Assembly: GCA_963795085.1 (NCBI GenBank)
Contig: CAWCFX010000001.1
Span: 640,001 to 704,000, forward strand
From: an uncultured Gemmatimonadales bacterium
GTDB taxonomy: Bacteria; Gemmatimonadota; Gemmatimonadetes; Gemmatimonadales; GWC2-71-9
Length of the DNA stretch: 64,000 nt
Direction: 5' to 3'
In this document: piece by piece, positions 8,715 through 20,400 of the stretch
How positions within the stretch are numbered: the stretch's first letter is position 1
How the letters are laid out: each line of letters opens with the position of its first letter
Notes under the pieces: generated by a model
What the model saw: only the letters and a program-made list of their open reading frames with translations
Database searches by the model: none
Told to the model about the DNA's origin: nothing
Made by a program: the position numbers and the translations under genes

Positions 8715-9155
8715 ATGGCTTCACGACTGGAAAAAAATACGCGCCGGGTGGCGAGCGGCGTGAAAAAGGCGACCCGGACGGCCGCGGCGGCGACCCGGGG
8801 CGCGGCCCGGGTGATGGACCAGGCCGAAAAGGCCACCCGAGACCTGGATTCCCGGAAGAACGCGAAGAAAGTCAGCCGGGCGGCGAAGCGGGTGGCCCAG
8901 ACGGCCGCCGTCAGCGCGGCTTCGGTCGGGATCCGCCGGGCGGCGGACGCCATCCGGAAGAAAGTGGGTCAGAAGAAGAAGGCCCGGGCCCGGAAGAAGG
9001 CTCTCAAGGTCGCCGGGATGGTGGCCGCGGTCGCCGGCGTGGCGGTGGTGGCCGGCAAGGTGGTGAAGTCGCGGCGCGCGAAGCCGCCGGCGGTGCCGCC
9101 CGTGGCCCCGCCGCAGGCGGAGGACGACGAGATGGAGTCCGGTCCGGATTACTGA
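8715..9155 (+). CDS. Hypothetical Lys/Ala-rich basic protein with a hydrophobic segment
   Basis: ATG preceded by GAGGTG; KKKARARKKALK then VAGMVAAVAGVAVVAG; acidic tail. Confidence 0.6.
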   Translation: MASRLEKNTRRVASGVKKATRTAAAATRGAARVMDQAEKATRDLDSRKNAKKVSRAAKRVAQTAAVSAASVGIRRAADAIRKKVGQKKKARARKKALKVAGMVAAVAGVAVVAGKVVKSRRAKPPAVPPVAPPQAEDDEMESGPDY

Positions 9156-9202
9156 CCGGCGACGCGCGCGGGTTGCCCTCTCGACCTCCCGAGAGGGCCG
9201 CC

Positions 9203-9673
9203 CTAGGCCTGGCCCGCGGCTTTCTCCAGGGTCGAGGTGCAGTTGGGGCACCGGGTTGCCTTGATGGAAATCGTCGAGGCGCAGAAGGGGCATTCCCGGG
9301 TGACCGGCTTGGCATCGGGTGTCTTCTCCTCGTGCTGGAGCTTCTTGACCCCCCGCACCAGCATGAAGACGGCCAGCGCGACGATGAGGAACGCCACCGC
9401 CTTGGTGATGAACACGCCGTAGTTGATGGTGACGGCGCCCGCCGCCTGGGCATCCGCCAGGGTGGCGTAGGGTGGCGCCGCCTTGGTTCCCTCCTTGAGC
9501 ACCACGAACAGGTCCGAGAAGTCCACGTTCCCCAGCAGGAGCCCGATGGGGGGCATGACAATGTCGTTCACCAGCGAGGTCACGATGGTGCCGAACGCGG
9601 CGCCGATGATCACGCCGACCGCCAGGTCCACCACGTTGCCGCGGAGGATGAACTCCTTGAAGTCCTTGCCCAT
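9203..9673 (-). CDS. mscL: Large-conductance mechanosensitive channel with C-terminal Zn-ribbon
   Basis: FKEFILRGNVVDLAVGVIIGAAF, INYGVFI; tail CPFC..CPNC. Confidence 0.96.
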   Translation of the reverse strand: MGKDFKEFILRGNVVDLAVGVIIGAAFGTIVTSLVNDIVMPPIGLLLGNVDFSDLFVVLKEGTKAAPPYATLADAQAAGAVTINYGVFITKAVAFLIVALAVFMLVRGVKKLQHEEKTPDAKPVTRECPFCASTISIKATRCPNCTSTLEKAAGQA

Positions 9674-9809
9674 GAGGAAAGCTCCTGTTGTAGATTAGAA
9701 GGACAATGATGCCACTCTCCCGCGTCGCGCCGGGCCAGGCCGCCCGGCGTTTCCAAGGTATAGCCATGCCGCGCCGAATGCGCATCGGTCCCGCCGGACC
9801 GGAAGCCCG

Positions 9810-10178
9810 GTGATCTCGCGCGGCGGCGTCCCCGAGCTTCCCTGTTACCCCTGCCCGCACAACTCGGCCTGTTGCGGCTGGGGCGCCACCCTGACGGACG
9901 ACGAAGCCCGGGGCATTCGCGGCGCGTACGGCGAAGACAAGGCGTACCGGACGCGGTGGGGTGAGTGGCGGACCCGGGTCCGGGGCGGACGCTGCGTGCT
10001 CTGGAAGGACAACGCCTGCTCCATCTACCGGACGCCGTGGTATCCGGCGGTGTGCGCCGGGTTCCCCTGGACCGACGCCGAGACCGGCGGGCCCTACGAG
10101 TTCGACCAGACCATCTGTCCCGAGTTCATTACCCGCCCCGAGCTGGTGCAGCTGGGCCGCGGCAAGGCCCGGCCCTGA
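9810..10178 (+). CDS. YkgJ-like cysteine-cluster protein
   Basis: CYPCPHNSACC..CVLW..CSIY..PAVCAGFP pattern. Confidence 0.75.
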   Translation: MISRGGVPELPCYPCPHNSACCGWGATLTDDEARGIRGAYGEDKAYRTRWGEWRTRVRGGRCVLWKDNACSIYRTPWYPAVCAGFPWTDAETGGPYEFDQTICPEFITRPELVQLGRGKARP

Positions 10179-10209
10179 CGGGCCATCATCTATCTCCAGA
10201 GGGAGTGTC

Positions 10210-11481
10210 ATGCGCAAGTTTTTCGGCGGGTTTCTAGTGCTGGCCCTGGCGGGCGCCATCCCGGTCCTGCCGGCGCTGGCCCAGGAGGACGCGGCGCTTG
10301 CGCGGGCCCGCCAGTTGCTCCGGGCTCACCCCGTTATCGACGGGCACAACGACCTGCCCTGGGAGGTGCGAACCAGTGAGCGCGCCCCCGGTGACGTCGC
10401 GGCGTACGACCTCACTCGCCGCACCCCCGGCCACACCGACCTGGCGCGCCTGAAGGAAGGCGGCGTGGGGGGCCAGTTCTGGTCGATCTATGTCCCGGGC
10501 GAGATCCGGGATTCCGGGTATGCCCGGGTCCAGCTGGAGCAATTCGACATCGCCCGCCGCATCATCGCGCGCTATCCGGGGCAGTTGCAGCTTGCGCTGA
10601 CCGCGGCCGATGCCGAACAGGCCATGCAGCAGGGGAAGGTGGCATCGTTCCTCGGCATGGAAGGCGGCCATGCCATCGAGAACTCGCTGGGGGCCCTGCG
10701 GGCCTACTACGCGCTCGGTGCCCGCTACATGACCCTGACCCACAACGTCACCCTCGACTGGGCCGACGCCGCTCTCGACACGGCCCGGCACGGCGGGCTT
10801 AGCCCGTTCGGCGAGGAAGTAGTGCGGGAGATGAACCGGCTGGGCATGCTGGTGGACCTCTCCCACGTTTCGCCGGGGACAATGAGCGACGCGCTCAATG
10901 TGACACGGGCGCCGGTGATCTTCTCGCATTCGTCGGCGCGGGCCCTGGCCAACGTCCCCCGGAACGTGCCCGATTCCATCCTGGCGCGGCTTCCCGCGAA
11001 TGGCGGCGTGGTAATGATCACCTTCGTCAGCGGATTCCTGACCACCGAGATCAGCGACTCCATGGAAGCCTGGCGGCCCCGGATGCGCGCGCTGATGGAC
11101 GCGGCTCCCGATTCCGGCGCCCGGGCCCAGGCCCGCCGCGAGTTCATGGCGGCGCATCGCCTGCCCCAGGCCACTATCGCCCAGCTCGCCAATCATATCG
11201 AGCATGTGCGCAAGGTCGCCGGGGCGGACCACGTGGCACTCGGCGGCGACTACGACGGGACCAGCGAGTTGCCGGCGGGGATGGAGGACGTGTCCCGGTA
11301 TCCCTATCTCTTTGCCGAACTGATCCGCCGGGGCTGGAGTGACGGCGACCTCGCCAAGCTGGCCAATGGGAACATTCTGCGGGTACTCAAGCAGGCGGAG
11401 GCCGTGGCCGAACGGCTCCAGAAGGAGCGGGAGCCTTCCACCCGGACCATCCACCAGATGAACCGGGCCGCCACGCCCTAG
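10210..11481 (+). CDS. Membrane dipeptidase (peptidase M19)
   Basis: IDGHNDLP, GMEGGH, LVDLSHV, IFSHSS, GGDYDG; signal peptide. Confidence 0.95.
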   Translation: MRKFFGGFLVLALAGAIPVLPALAQEDAALARARQLLRAHPVIDGHNDLPWEVRTSERAPGDVAAYDLTRRTPGHTDLARLKEGGVGGQFWSIYVPGEIRDSGYARVQLEQFDIARRIIARYPGQLQLALTAADAEQAMQQGKVASFLGMEGGHAIENSLGALRAYYALGARYMTLTHNVTLDWADAALDTARHGGLSPFGEEVVREMNRLGMLVDLSHVSPGTMSDALNVTRAPVIFSHSSARALANVPRNVPDSILARLPANGGVVMITFVSGFLTTEISDSMEAWRPRMRALMDAAPDSGARAQARREFMAAHRLPQATIAQLANHIEHVRKVAGADHVALGGDYDGTSELPAGMEDVSRYPYLFAELIRRGWSDGDLAKLANGNILRVLKQAEAVAERLQKEREPSTRTIHQMNRAATP

Positions 11482-12476
11482 CCCGCGAGGATGGGGGCGA
11501 GGAACCCGGCGGCCCGCTCCTCGGCCCAGAAGGTGGGCGCCCAGGGGCCCGGCCCCGCGACAAAGCCCACGTGGCCGCCGGTGCTGGGGAAATCGGTGCT
11601 GAGGGCCGGGTTTGCGTCGATGGCCCGGTGGGGGATGACGCTGGCGACCGCGATCGGATCGTCCAGGCTGTGGACCAGGAGCGTCGGCACCGTGATCGAA
11701 GGCAGGAACGGTCCGGCGCTCGATTGCGTGTAGTACTCTTCGGCGCTGGTGAATCCGTGCAGCGGTGCGGTCAGCGCCGCATCGAATTCCCGGACGTTCC
11801 GGGCCTTGAGCACTCGCTCCACCTCGCAATGCTCCCCCAGCAGTCCCGCCTTGGCCCGCACCTTGGCCCGCAGCGAACGCAGGAAGAACGTCGCATAGAC
11901 CCGTCCCGTGCCGTCGCTCATCTGGTCGGCACAGGCCGCCAGGTCATAGGGCACCGAGATGGCCACCGCCGCCGCCACGTCTTCCCCAGCCCGGGCTCCC
12001 TCTTCGCCCAGGTATTTGAGCAGGACGTTCCCTCCCAGTGAGAATCCCAGGATCCCCAGCCGGGCCGCCGGAGTGGTCCGGCGGAGATGGCGCAGCACCT
12101 GGCGCAGGTCGCCGGTTTCGCCCGAGTGGTAGAACCGGGCCACCCGGTTCATTTCGCCGCCGCAGGACCGGAAGTTGAGCCCCACCGACCGGACGCCCCG
12201 CCGGGCCAGCGCGCGGGCCAGTTCTACCGAGTAGCCCGAGTGGGCGCTGCCCTCCAGCCCATGCAGCTTGAGCACCAGCGGGGCATCTTCGGGGACCGGG
12301 AACGAGGGGACCGTAGCGTACTCCAGCTCCAGGAAGTCTCCGTCCGGGGTGTCCAGCCGTTCCTTGCGAAAGGTGACGCCGGCCGTTTTCCGGAGCAGCC
12401 GGCCGCCCACGGTCTGGGCGTGGGCTCCCCGGATCCAGGCCGGCGCCGTAAAGGAGGCGTGCTCGTCCCCGCTCAC
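11478..12476 (-). CDS. YheT-family alpha/beta hydrolase
   Basis: HAQT, TPDGDFL, HGLEGS, GFSLGG nucleophile, GGHVGF; GTG start overlaps the SURF1 stop. Confidence 0.9.
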   Translation of the reverse strand: MSGDEHASFTAPAWIRGAHAQTVGGRLLRKTAGVTFRKERLDTPDGDFLELEYATVPSFPVPEDAPLVLKLHGLEGSAHSGYSVELARALARRGVRSVGLNFRSCGGEMNRVARFYHSGETGDLRQVLRHLRRTTPAARLGILGFSLGGNVLLKYLGEEGARAGEDVAAAVAISVPYDLAACADQMSDGTGRVYATFFLRSLRAKVRAKAGLLGEHCEVERVLKARNVREFDAALTAPLHGFTSAEEYYTQSSAGPFLPSITVPTLLVHSLDDPIAVASVIPHRAIDANPALSTDFPSTGGHVGFVAGPGPWAPTFWAEERAAGFLAPILAG

Positions 12477-13180
12477 GGCCGGCGGCGCAATACGAAGATG
12501 ACGCCGCCGGCGATCGCGATGGTGGCGAAACCGAACCACTGCAGCGCGTAGCTCAGGTGGGGACCATCGTCGAGGGCAGGGGCTTCGAGGCGGCGGGGAT
12601 AGAGCGGCAACGCGGTATCCGGTTGCTGCAGGATGTACACGTCCAGCAGCGGGTAGGGTATCCGCCGGCGGAGTTCGAGAAGGTCGAGCCGGCGCCAGGT
12701 CACCCGGCCGCGGGTGATGAGCCGCCGGCCGCTGTCCTCCGAGACCGGGATGAGGAAGGCGACACCCTGGACCCGGAGCGTCCCCGGTTCCGCCAGCGGG
12801 TCGGTCGCGGCCACGATCGCATCGGCCGCCGGCACGAAGCCACGGTTGACCAGCACCGCGCTGTCGCTTCCCTCGATGCGGAGCGGCGTCACCACCTGCA
12901 CCCCGGGGACTTCGCGGTGGACGAAACTCCGAAGCACGATCTCGTGCTCCCGGTCGTACACCCCGGTCACCGTCACCCGGCGGTCGGCCCGCGGGGCGGC
13001 CGGCCCCCCGCGGTTCAGGTCCAGCAGGGGGCCGGCCCGGAGCGTTCCAGCCACCTGGTTGGCCGCCCGCCGCTCCTGGAGGCGGGACAACTGCCAGAAG
13101 CCCAGGCGGGTGCAGACCGCGGCGACCAGGAGGCAGATGGCGAACAGGGCGTACCGGGATCGGAAGGACATGGCTGTCAT
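12473..13180 (-). CDS. SURF1 family protein
   Basis: LGFWQLSR, VLVNRGFVP, HLSYALQWF. Confidence 0.93.
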   Translation of the reverse strand: MTAMSFRSRYALFAICLLVAAVCTRLGFWQLSRLQERRAANQVAGTLRAGPLLDLNRGGPAAPRADRRVTVTGVYDREHEIVLRSFVHREVPGVQVVTPLRIEGSDSAVLVNRGFVPAADAIVAATDPLAEPGTLRVQGVAFLIPVSEDSGRRLITRGRVTWRRLDLLELRRRIPYPLLDVYILQQPDTALPLYPRRLEAPALDDGPHLSYALQWFGFATIAIAGGVIFVLRRRP

Positions 13181-13268
13181 TTCGGGTGGACAAAGCCGGG
13201 CGGGGGGAAAGTTATCGGGTTTGACCGGAAGCAGAAGCGGTGCAGCGATTTAGGCCGGCCGGACGGGG

Positions 13269-13285
13269 TTGGTACCGGGCTTGCC
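13269..13285 (+). promoter_or_regulatory. Possible sigma-54 promoter
   Basis: TTGGTACCGGGCTTGCC (GG-N10-GC) about 50 nt upstream of the beta-barrel gene. Confidence 0.4.
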
Positions 13286-13333
13286 TTGGGAGACGCTGTC
13301 CTCCGACCATCTTCCCTGACCGAGGGTACCCGC

Positions 13334-13951
13334 ATGCGTCACTTGCTCCGGATCCTGGCGATCGGCGTCCTGGCCGCCGCCATCGCCACCCCCGCGTTCG
13401 CGCAGCGCCACCATGGTTCCCAGCTTCGAGAGGTTACCCGCAACTACCGCGACGGATTCTGGCTGGGCCTGAGCGTGGGCGCCGGCGAGGAATCATTCCG
13501 CTACGAGAACGCGCCCGGCGGGTACAGCAACGACATCACCGCTCCCACGTTCTCCCTTCGGCTGGGCGGCACCCCCAGCCAGCGCTGGCTGCTGGGCGCC
13601 GAACTCTTCGCCTGGATGGACGGCGACTTCAACGATACCTACGACGACTACAGCAACGTCCTCAGCAGCGCCATGATGATCGCCCAGTTCTATCCCCTGA
13701 CCCGGGGCGGCCTGTACTTCAAGGGCGGCGTCGGCGTGGCCGGCAACTACCTGCGCACCGTGTCACCCGCGGGGTATATCGTGAAGGACGAGACCTCCGG
13801 GCTGGCCACCGTGTTCGGCGCGGGGCTGGATCTCCGGGTGGGGCGGAACGTGTCGATTACGCCGAGCCTGGACGTGCACCACCAGTTCTTTCATCGGGCC
13901 GACCTCCGGGAGCGCATCGTGTCATTGTCCGCGGGGGTGACATTCCACTAG
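13334..13951 (+). CDS. Outer-membrane beta-barrel protein
   Basis: Signal peptide (PAFA/Q), alternating amphipathic strands, C-terminal GVTFH. Confidence 0.82.
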   Translation: MRHLLRILAIGVLAAAIATPAFAQRHHGSQLREVTRNYRDGFWLGLSVGAGEESFRYENAPGGYSNDITAPTFSLRLGGTPSQRWLLGAELFAWMDGDFNDTYDDYSNVLSSAMMIAQFYPLTRGGLYFKGGVGVAGNYLRTVSPAGYIVKDETSGLATVFGAGLDLRVGRNVSITPSLDVHHQFFHRADLRERIVSLSAGVTFH

Positions 13952-13990
13952 TGGACTGTCTCACATGTTTCGATAGTCGCTGTCGAACAG

Positions 13991-14120
13991 CTCACCACGG
14001 AGCCACGAAGCACACGGAGGTAGCACGGAGCACCCACCGTAGCGGGCTCAGAGCCGCAATCCCAATACCTTGGTGGCAGCATGAAGCTTCTTCGTGCTGC
14101 CTTCGTGACTCCGTGGTGAG
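13991..14120. repeat. Inverted-repeat element made of CACGRAG micro-repeats
   Basis: 13991-14010 versus 14101-14120 form a 20-bp IR with 1 mismatch; further CACGGAG/CTTCGTG units inside. Confidence 0.75.
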
Positions 14121-14380
14121 TCAGCTCTTGCCCACCTGGTCGGAACTTTGGATACAGTCCACTGGACGCCAAGGCCGCCGGCCAAGCCAAGGGCCGTTTC
14201 GCGATAACGTTGTCCTGGCGGCCGAGCCGGAGTCCGTGCCGGGGAGCCACGAATGGCCAGGGAAGGTCGAAGGGTGCTACTGGCCTCCCGGCGCCAAGAC
14301 GCTACATTCCTTACCCCCGCTGGAATGTGCGGCCGGCGGGGTGTGATGCAGGCCATGGCCAGTAAGTCCAAAGCTCGTAT

Positions 14381-14393
14381 TATCAATGATTTA
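14381..14393 (+). promoter_or_regulatory. IHF-consensus site upstream of the giant Ig protein
   Basis: TATCAATGATTTA matches WATCAA-N4-TTR; flanked by AAAGCTC/GAGCTTT. Confidence 0.45.
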
Positions 14394-14452
14394 GAGCTTT
14401 TTTGCCGAACTTTTCGGGGCCGAGGGGCGTTCCCTCTGGCTCCAGAGACGTT

Positions 14453-17400
14453 ATGAGTCGTATGCGTTTCGCCAGCGCGGTTCCTCCGCGGTTCGCCCTC
14501 CTGCCGGTCCTCCTCGCGGCCGTCTCCCTCACCTGTAGCGGAGACGGCGTTGTTCTCCCCAGGGAGGGCGATCCATCCAAGGTCTCCGTCATGGGTGGCA
14601 ACAACCAGACGGGTACCGTGGCGGCCGCATTGCCCGAGAGCCTCACGGTACGCATCACGGACCCCAGCAACCGTCCGGTGGTGGGTGCGCGGGTCGTGTT
14701 CGTGCGCGGGACGAACGGGGCCGGGGCAGTGTTGTCGCCGGACACCGTGGTGACCACCACCGACGGCCAGGCCCGGTCGCGCTGGGTGCTGGGCACCGGG
14801 GCCGGCACCCAGACCGTGATCGCCCGGGTGGTCGGGTTTACCAACGTTTCCGCCGGTTTTTCGGCCACCGCGACCGCCGGGGTGGCCGATTCGCTATTCC
14901 TGGTACGGGGCGACGGGCAGACCGGCACGGCCGGCGCGGCGCTCGCGGAATCGCTGGTGGTGCGGGTGAATGACCGGTTCGGCAACCCGGTCGCGGGGAC
15001 CGTGGTGAGCTGGACGCTGAGCGGGGGCGGGTCGTTGAGCGCTGCCACGGTGCCGACCGCCGCCGATGGGCAGGCCGCCGTCCAGCGCACCCTGGGCCCG
15101 GCCTCGGGGCCCCAGGCCTCGGCCGCCTCGGCCACCGGGCTCAAGGGTTCGCCGGTGCTGTTCTCGCACACGGCCGGCTCCGGGGGGCCAGCCGCACTGC
15201 AGATCGTCCAGGGCAACAACAACACCGCCCCGGCCGGGTTTGCGCTGGCGGAATCGCTGGTGGTCCGGCTGGTGGACGCCAATGGCAACGGGGTGGCGGG
15301 GCGGGCCGTGGCGTGGGCGGTGACCGGCGGGGGGGGCACCCCGTCTCCGCTATCGAGTAATACCGACGTCAACGGCCTTGCGGCCACCCGGTGGACCCTG
15401 GGCACTACTGCGGGCCCGAATACCCTGATCGCCTCCGCGGCGGGGTTCGTGGCCAACTTCAGCGCCACCGGCACCAGCGACGTGCCCACCCGGATCTCCA
15501 TCTTCAGCGGCAACAACCAGTCGGGGCCGGCCAACCAGGCGCTGCCCAGCGATCCCACGGTGCTGGTGCAGGACGCCAACAACAACCCGGTCGCCAACGT
15601 GGCAGTGACCTTCGTGGTGACGGGGGGCGGCGGCACCATTGTTCCGACCACCTCGGTGGCCACCGGCACCAACGGCCGGGCGGCGCTGACGTCGTGGACG
15701 CTGGGCCCGGCGCTGGGCGTAAACACCCTGCAGGCCTCCGCCAGCGGACCGGGCGGTCCGCTCCAGGGCAGCCCCCTCACCTTCACGGCCACCGCGGTCC
15801 CCGGCGCGGCGGCGCAGCTCCAGATCGTGACGCAGCCGCCGGCCAACGCCGCCAGCGGAGCGGTGCTGAGCCCGTCCCCGGTGGTGGAGGTGCTGGACGC
15901 GAGCGGCAACCCGGTGAGCCAGGCCGGCATCAACGTCACCGTGTCCCTCGCCTCGGGGACCGGGGCGCTTGGTGGGACCCTGACCCGGGCGACCAACTCG
16001 AGCGGGCAGGTCACCTTCAGCGGGATCTCGATTAACAGCCTGGTGGGCAGCTATACCCTCGGGTTCAATGCGTCGGGGCTGACCGGTGCGACCTCGTCGT
16101 CCATTTCGCTGGGCGCCGGGGCGGCGACCCAGTTGGTCCTCACCACCCAGACGCCGGGCGGCGCCAGCAGCGGGGTGCCGCTCTCGCCGCAGCCGATCGT
16201 GCAGGTAGAAGACGCGGCGGGGAACCCGGTCTCCCTGGCGGGCGTTAACGTGACTGCCGCGCTCACCGGGGCGACAGGAACCCTGGGCGGCACCGCCACC
16301 ATCGTCACCAACCCCAGCGGCACCGCGGCCTTCACCAACCTGGCCATCACCGGCCCGTCCGGGGCGTACACCATCCGGTTCACTTCCACCAACCCGGTGC
16401 TGACCCAGGTCACCTCGGGCAACATCACGATCGGGGCCGGCGCCCCGACCATGATGGCCATCCAGGCCGGGAACAACCAGACCGTGACGTCCGGCTCGGT
16501 GCTGCCGGTGGATCCCACCGTGCTGATCACCGATGCCGGCGGCAACCCGGTCTCCGGCGTGACCGTGACGTTCGCGGTCGCCTCCGGCGGCGGCAGCGCG
16601 ACCGGCACCAGCCGGGTGACCAACGCGAGCGGTATCGCGACCGTGGGCAGCTGGACGCTGGGCTGCCTGGCGGGGAGCAACACCCTGACCGCCACGTCGC
16701 CGGGGCTGGTGGGAAGCCCGCTCACGTTCACGGCGACGGGGACCGCCGGCGCGGCCTCCCGGATCCAGATCGCGGCGGGGAACAACCAGACCGCGACGGT
16801 GGGCAACCCGGTGCCGGTCAATCCCTCGGTGCTGGTGACCGACGCCTGCGGCAATCCCATTGCGGGGATCGTGACCACCTTCGCGGTCACCGCGGGCGGC
16901 GGCAGCATCATCGGCGGCAACCAGACGACCGACGCGAATGGCCTCGCCACGGTCGGCTGGGTGCTGGGCGGCTCCGCGGGGACCAACACCCTGACCGTGA
17001 CCCGGAGCGGGCTGACCGGGAGCCCGCTGGCCTTCACCGCGACCGGGGTGACCGGGAACGCCAACAACATCGCGGTCAACGCCGGCAACAACCAGAGCGC
17101 AACCATCGCGACCACCGTCGCGGTGGACCCGTCGGTCATCGTCAAGGACGGCAGCGGCAACCCGGTTCCCGGCGTCCAGGTCACCTTCGCGGTGGCCAGC
17201 GGCGGCGGCAGCATCTCCGGCGCGGTACAGACCACGAACGCCAGCGGCATCGCGGAGGTGGGCAGCTGGACGCTGGGGACCATGGCGGGGACCAACACCC
17301 TCACGGCCACGTCGTCGGGGCTCTCCGGCAGCCCGGTCACCTTTACGGCCACCGGGACCACGGGTGCGGCGGCGACCATCGCGATCAACGCCGGCAACAA

Positions 17401-20400
17401 CCAGACGGCCACGGTGGGCGCCACCCTTCCGGTCAATCCCTCCGTGCTGGTCCGGGACATCGGGGGCAACCCGGTTTCCGGAGTCAGCGTTACCTTCGCC
17501 ATCACCTCGGGCGGGGGGAGCATTACCGGTGCCGCGGCGACCACCGACGGGAGCGGCATCGCCGCGGTGGGGAGCTGGACCCTCGGCAGCACGGCGGGCA
17601 ACAACACCCTCACCGCCTCCTCGGCCGGCCTCACCGGCAGCCCGATCACCTTCAGCGCAACCGGGGTGACCGGCGGGCCGGCGACCATCGCCATCAGTGC
17701 CGGCAACAACCAGTCGGCCCCGGCCGGCAGCATTCTGCCGGTGGATCCCTCGGTGCTGGTGACCGACGCGGGGGGCAACCCGGTGGCGGGGGTGAGCGTG
17801 ACATTCGCGGTGGCGTCCGGCGGCGGCAGCCTCACCGGCGCCACGCAGACCACCAATGCCAGCGGCATCGCCGAAGTCGGCAGCTGGACGCTGGGTAACA
17901 CCGCGGGGCCCAACACCATCACGGCCACATCCGCGGGGCTCAGCGGTTCGCCGCTGACCTTCACGGCGACCGGCACCGTGGGCGCCGCCGCGACTATCGC
18001 GATCAACGGCGGGAACAACCAGGCGGCCACCGCGGGGACCACCTTGCCGGTCAACCCGTCCGTCCTGGTGACCGACGCGGGCGGCAACCCGGTGGCCGGA
18101 GTCAGCGTGACCTTCGCGGTGGCCTCGGGCGGAGGCAGTATCGCCGGCGGCGCGCAGACCACGGATGCCGCGGGCATCGCGACCGTGGGGAGCTGGACCC
18201 TGGGCACGGCGCCGGGCACCAACACCCTCACCGCCACGTCGGCGGGGCTGTCGGGGAGCCCGCGCACCTTCACCGCCACCGGCACCACCGGTACCGCCGC
18301 CACTATTGCTGTGAACGGCGGCGACAACCAGACCCAGACAGTCAACTCGGTCCTGGCCACCGACCCGTCCGTGCTGGTGACCGATGCCGGCGGCAATCCG
18401 GTGCAGGGCGTGGCGGTCACCTTCGCGGTGGCCAGCGGCGGAGGAACGGCCAACGGGGTCAACCGCACCACTAACGTCAGCGGCATCGCCACCGTGGGGA
18501 GCTGGCAGCTGGGGACGGTCGCGGGGACCAACACCCTCACCGCGACCTCGGCTGGCCTGAGCGGAAGCCCGATCACCTTCACCGCGACCGGCACGCCGGG
18601 CGGGGCCAACGCCGCGCAGAGTTCCGCCACGGTGCCCAACGGGGCAGCCGGCCAGCCGACCGTGATCAGCATCCAGGCCCGCGATGTGTTCGGGAACAAC
18701 CGGACCACCGGCGGCGGGACGTGGACCGTCGCGGTCACCGGCGCCAATACCGCGTCCCCCGCCGTGACCGACAACGGCGACGGGACGTACACCGCGAGCT
18801 ACACTCCCACCGCCTCGGGCAGCGACCAGGTGGCGATCCGCCTGAGCGGTAGCCACATCGGGGGGAGCCCCTACACCAGCACGGTGGTGGCCGCCGGTGC
18901 TTCGACCATCGTGGTGAACGCCGGCAACAACCAGAGCGCCACCGTCAACACGGTGCTTTCCACCGATCCGTCGGTGAAGGTGACCGACACCAACAACAAC
19001 CCGGTGCCGGGCGTCGCGGTGACCTTCGCGGTCACCGGGGGCGGCGGCAGCGTGACCGGCGCCAACCAGGTGACCAACGCCAGCGGCATCGCGACCGTGG
19101 GCAGCTGGCAGCTGGGCACCACGGCGGGAACCAACACCATGACCGCCACGGCGCCCGGCCTGGCCGGCAGCCCGGTGACCTTCACCGCGACCGGGACGGC
19201 GGCGGCCGCCGACGCCGGGCAGACCACGGCCAACGTCCCGGCAGGCACCGCGGCGGCCCAGACCACCATCACGATCCAGAGCCGAGACCAGTTCGGCAAC
19301 CTGCGCACCAGCGGCGGGGCCTCGATCACCGTAGCGGTCACCGGCGCCAACACCGCCACCGGCAGCGTGACGGACAACGGCGACGGCACGTACACGGCGA
19401 CCTACACGCCGGCCGTTTCCGGCACCGACGTGGTCACGATCCGGCTGGGCGGAACCCTGATCAGCGGGAGCCCCCACAACAGCGTCGTCGGCAAGGCGGG
19501 GAGCTCCACCACCATCACCAGCCACTCGCCGGAGCCCTCGATTGTCGGGCAGGGAATCACCGTGGACGTGGCGGTAAGCGGGATCGGCGCCACCCCCACC
19601 GGCAGCGTAACGGTCAGCGACGGCACCGATAACTGCGTGGCCACCCTGAGCGGCGGGGCGGGGAACTGTGTGCTCACGCCCACCACGTCCGGGAGCAAGA
19701 CTCTGACCGCCACCTACGGTGGCAACGCCACCTTCAATGGCAGCGTCTCCCCCGGCGCCGCGCACCAGGTGAACGCGTCCGGCGGCGTGAGCCCGACCCA
19801 GTCCTCCCTGGGGGTCTCGGCCTCGTCGATCACGGCGAGCAGCGGTTCCACGCCGGTCACGGTGACCGTCACGGCGCGGGACGCCTTCAACAATCCGGTG
19901 GCCGGCGTCAGCGTGGTGCTCTCGGCCAGCGGAACCGGGAACTCGATCACCCAGCCGGGGCTCACCAATGCCAGCGGGATGGCGACCGGGACGGTCAGCT
20001 CGACGGTGGCGGAGAGCAAGACCATTTCGGCGGTGGTGGACGGGACCGGGATCAGCCAGACCCAGATGGTGACCGTGACCCCGGCGGCGCCGGCGGCGGC
20101 GACCACCACCGCGTCGGTCCCGCCGGGTAACGCCGGCTCCCCGACCACGATCACGATCCAGTCGCGGGACCAGTTCGGGAACCTGGTGACCACCGGTGGC
20201 GCCAACGTGGAGATCACGGTCTCCGGCGCCAATACGGCCGGGCCCATCACCGCCACCGACCTGGGCGACGGCACCTATACGGCCTCCTACACGCCGACGG
20301 TGTCCGGCGCCGACCAGGTCGATATCACGCTCAACGGGACTCCGATCAGCGGGAGTCCCTACGGCACCACGGTGGCCGTGGGGACCGCCACCCAGGTCCA

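Noticed and set aside
12477..13193. N-terminal extension of the hydrolase ORF
   Set aside because: It is an alternate frame of SURF1; the hydrolase begins at GTG 12476
15350..19765. Very long antisense ORFs (1471 aa and 913 aa) opposite the giant Ig protein
   Set aside because: Shadow frames caused by GC-rich codon bias and repeats; no domain signal
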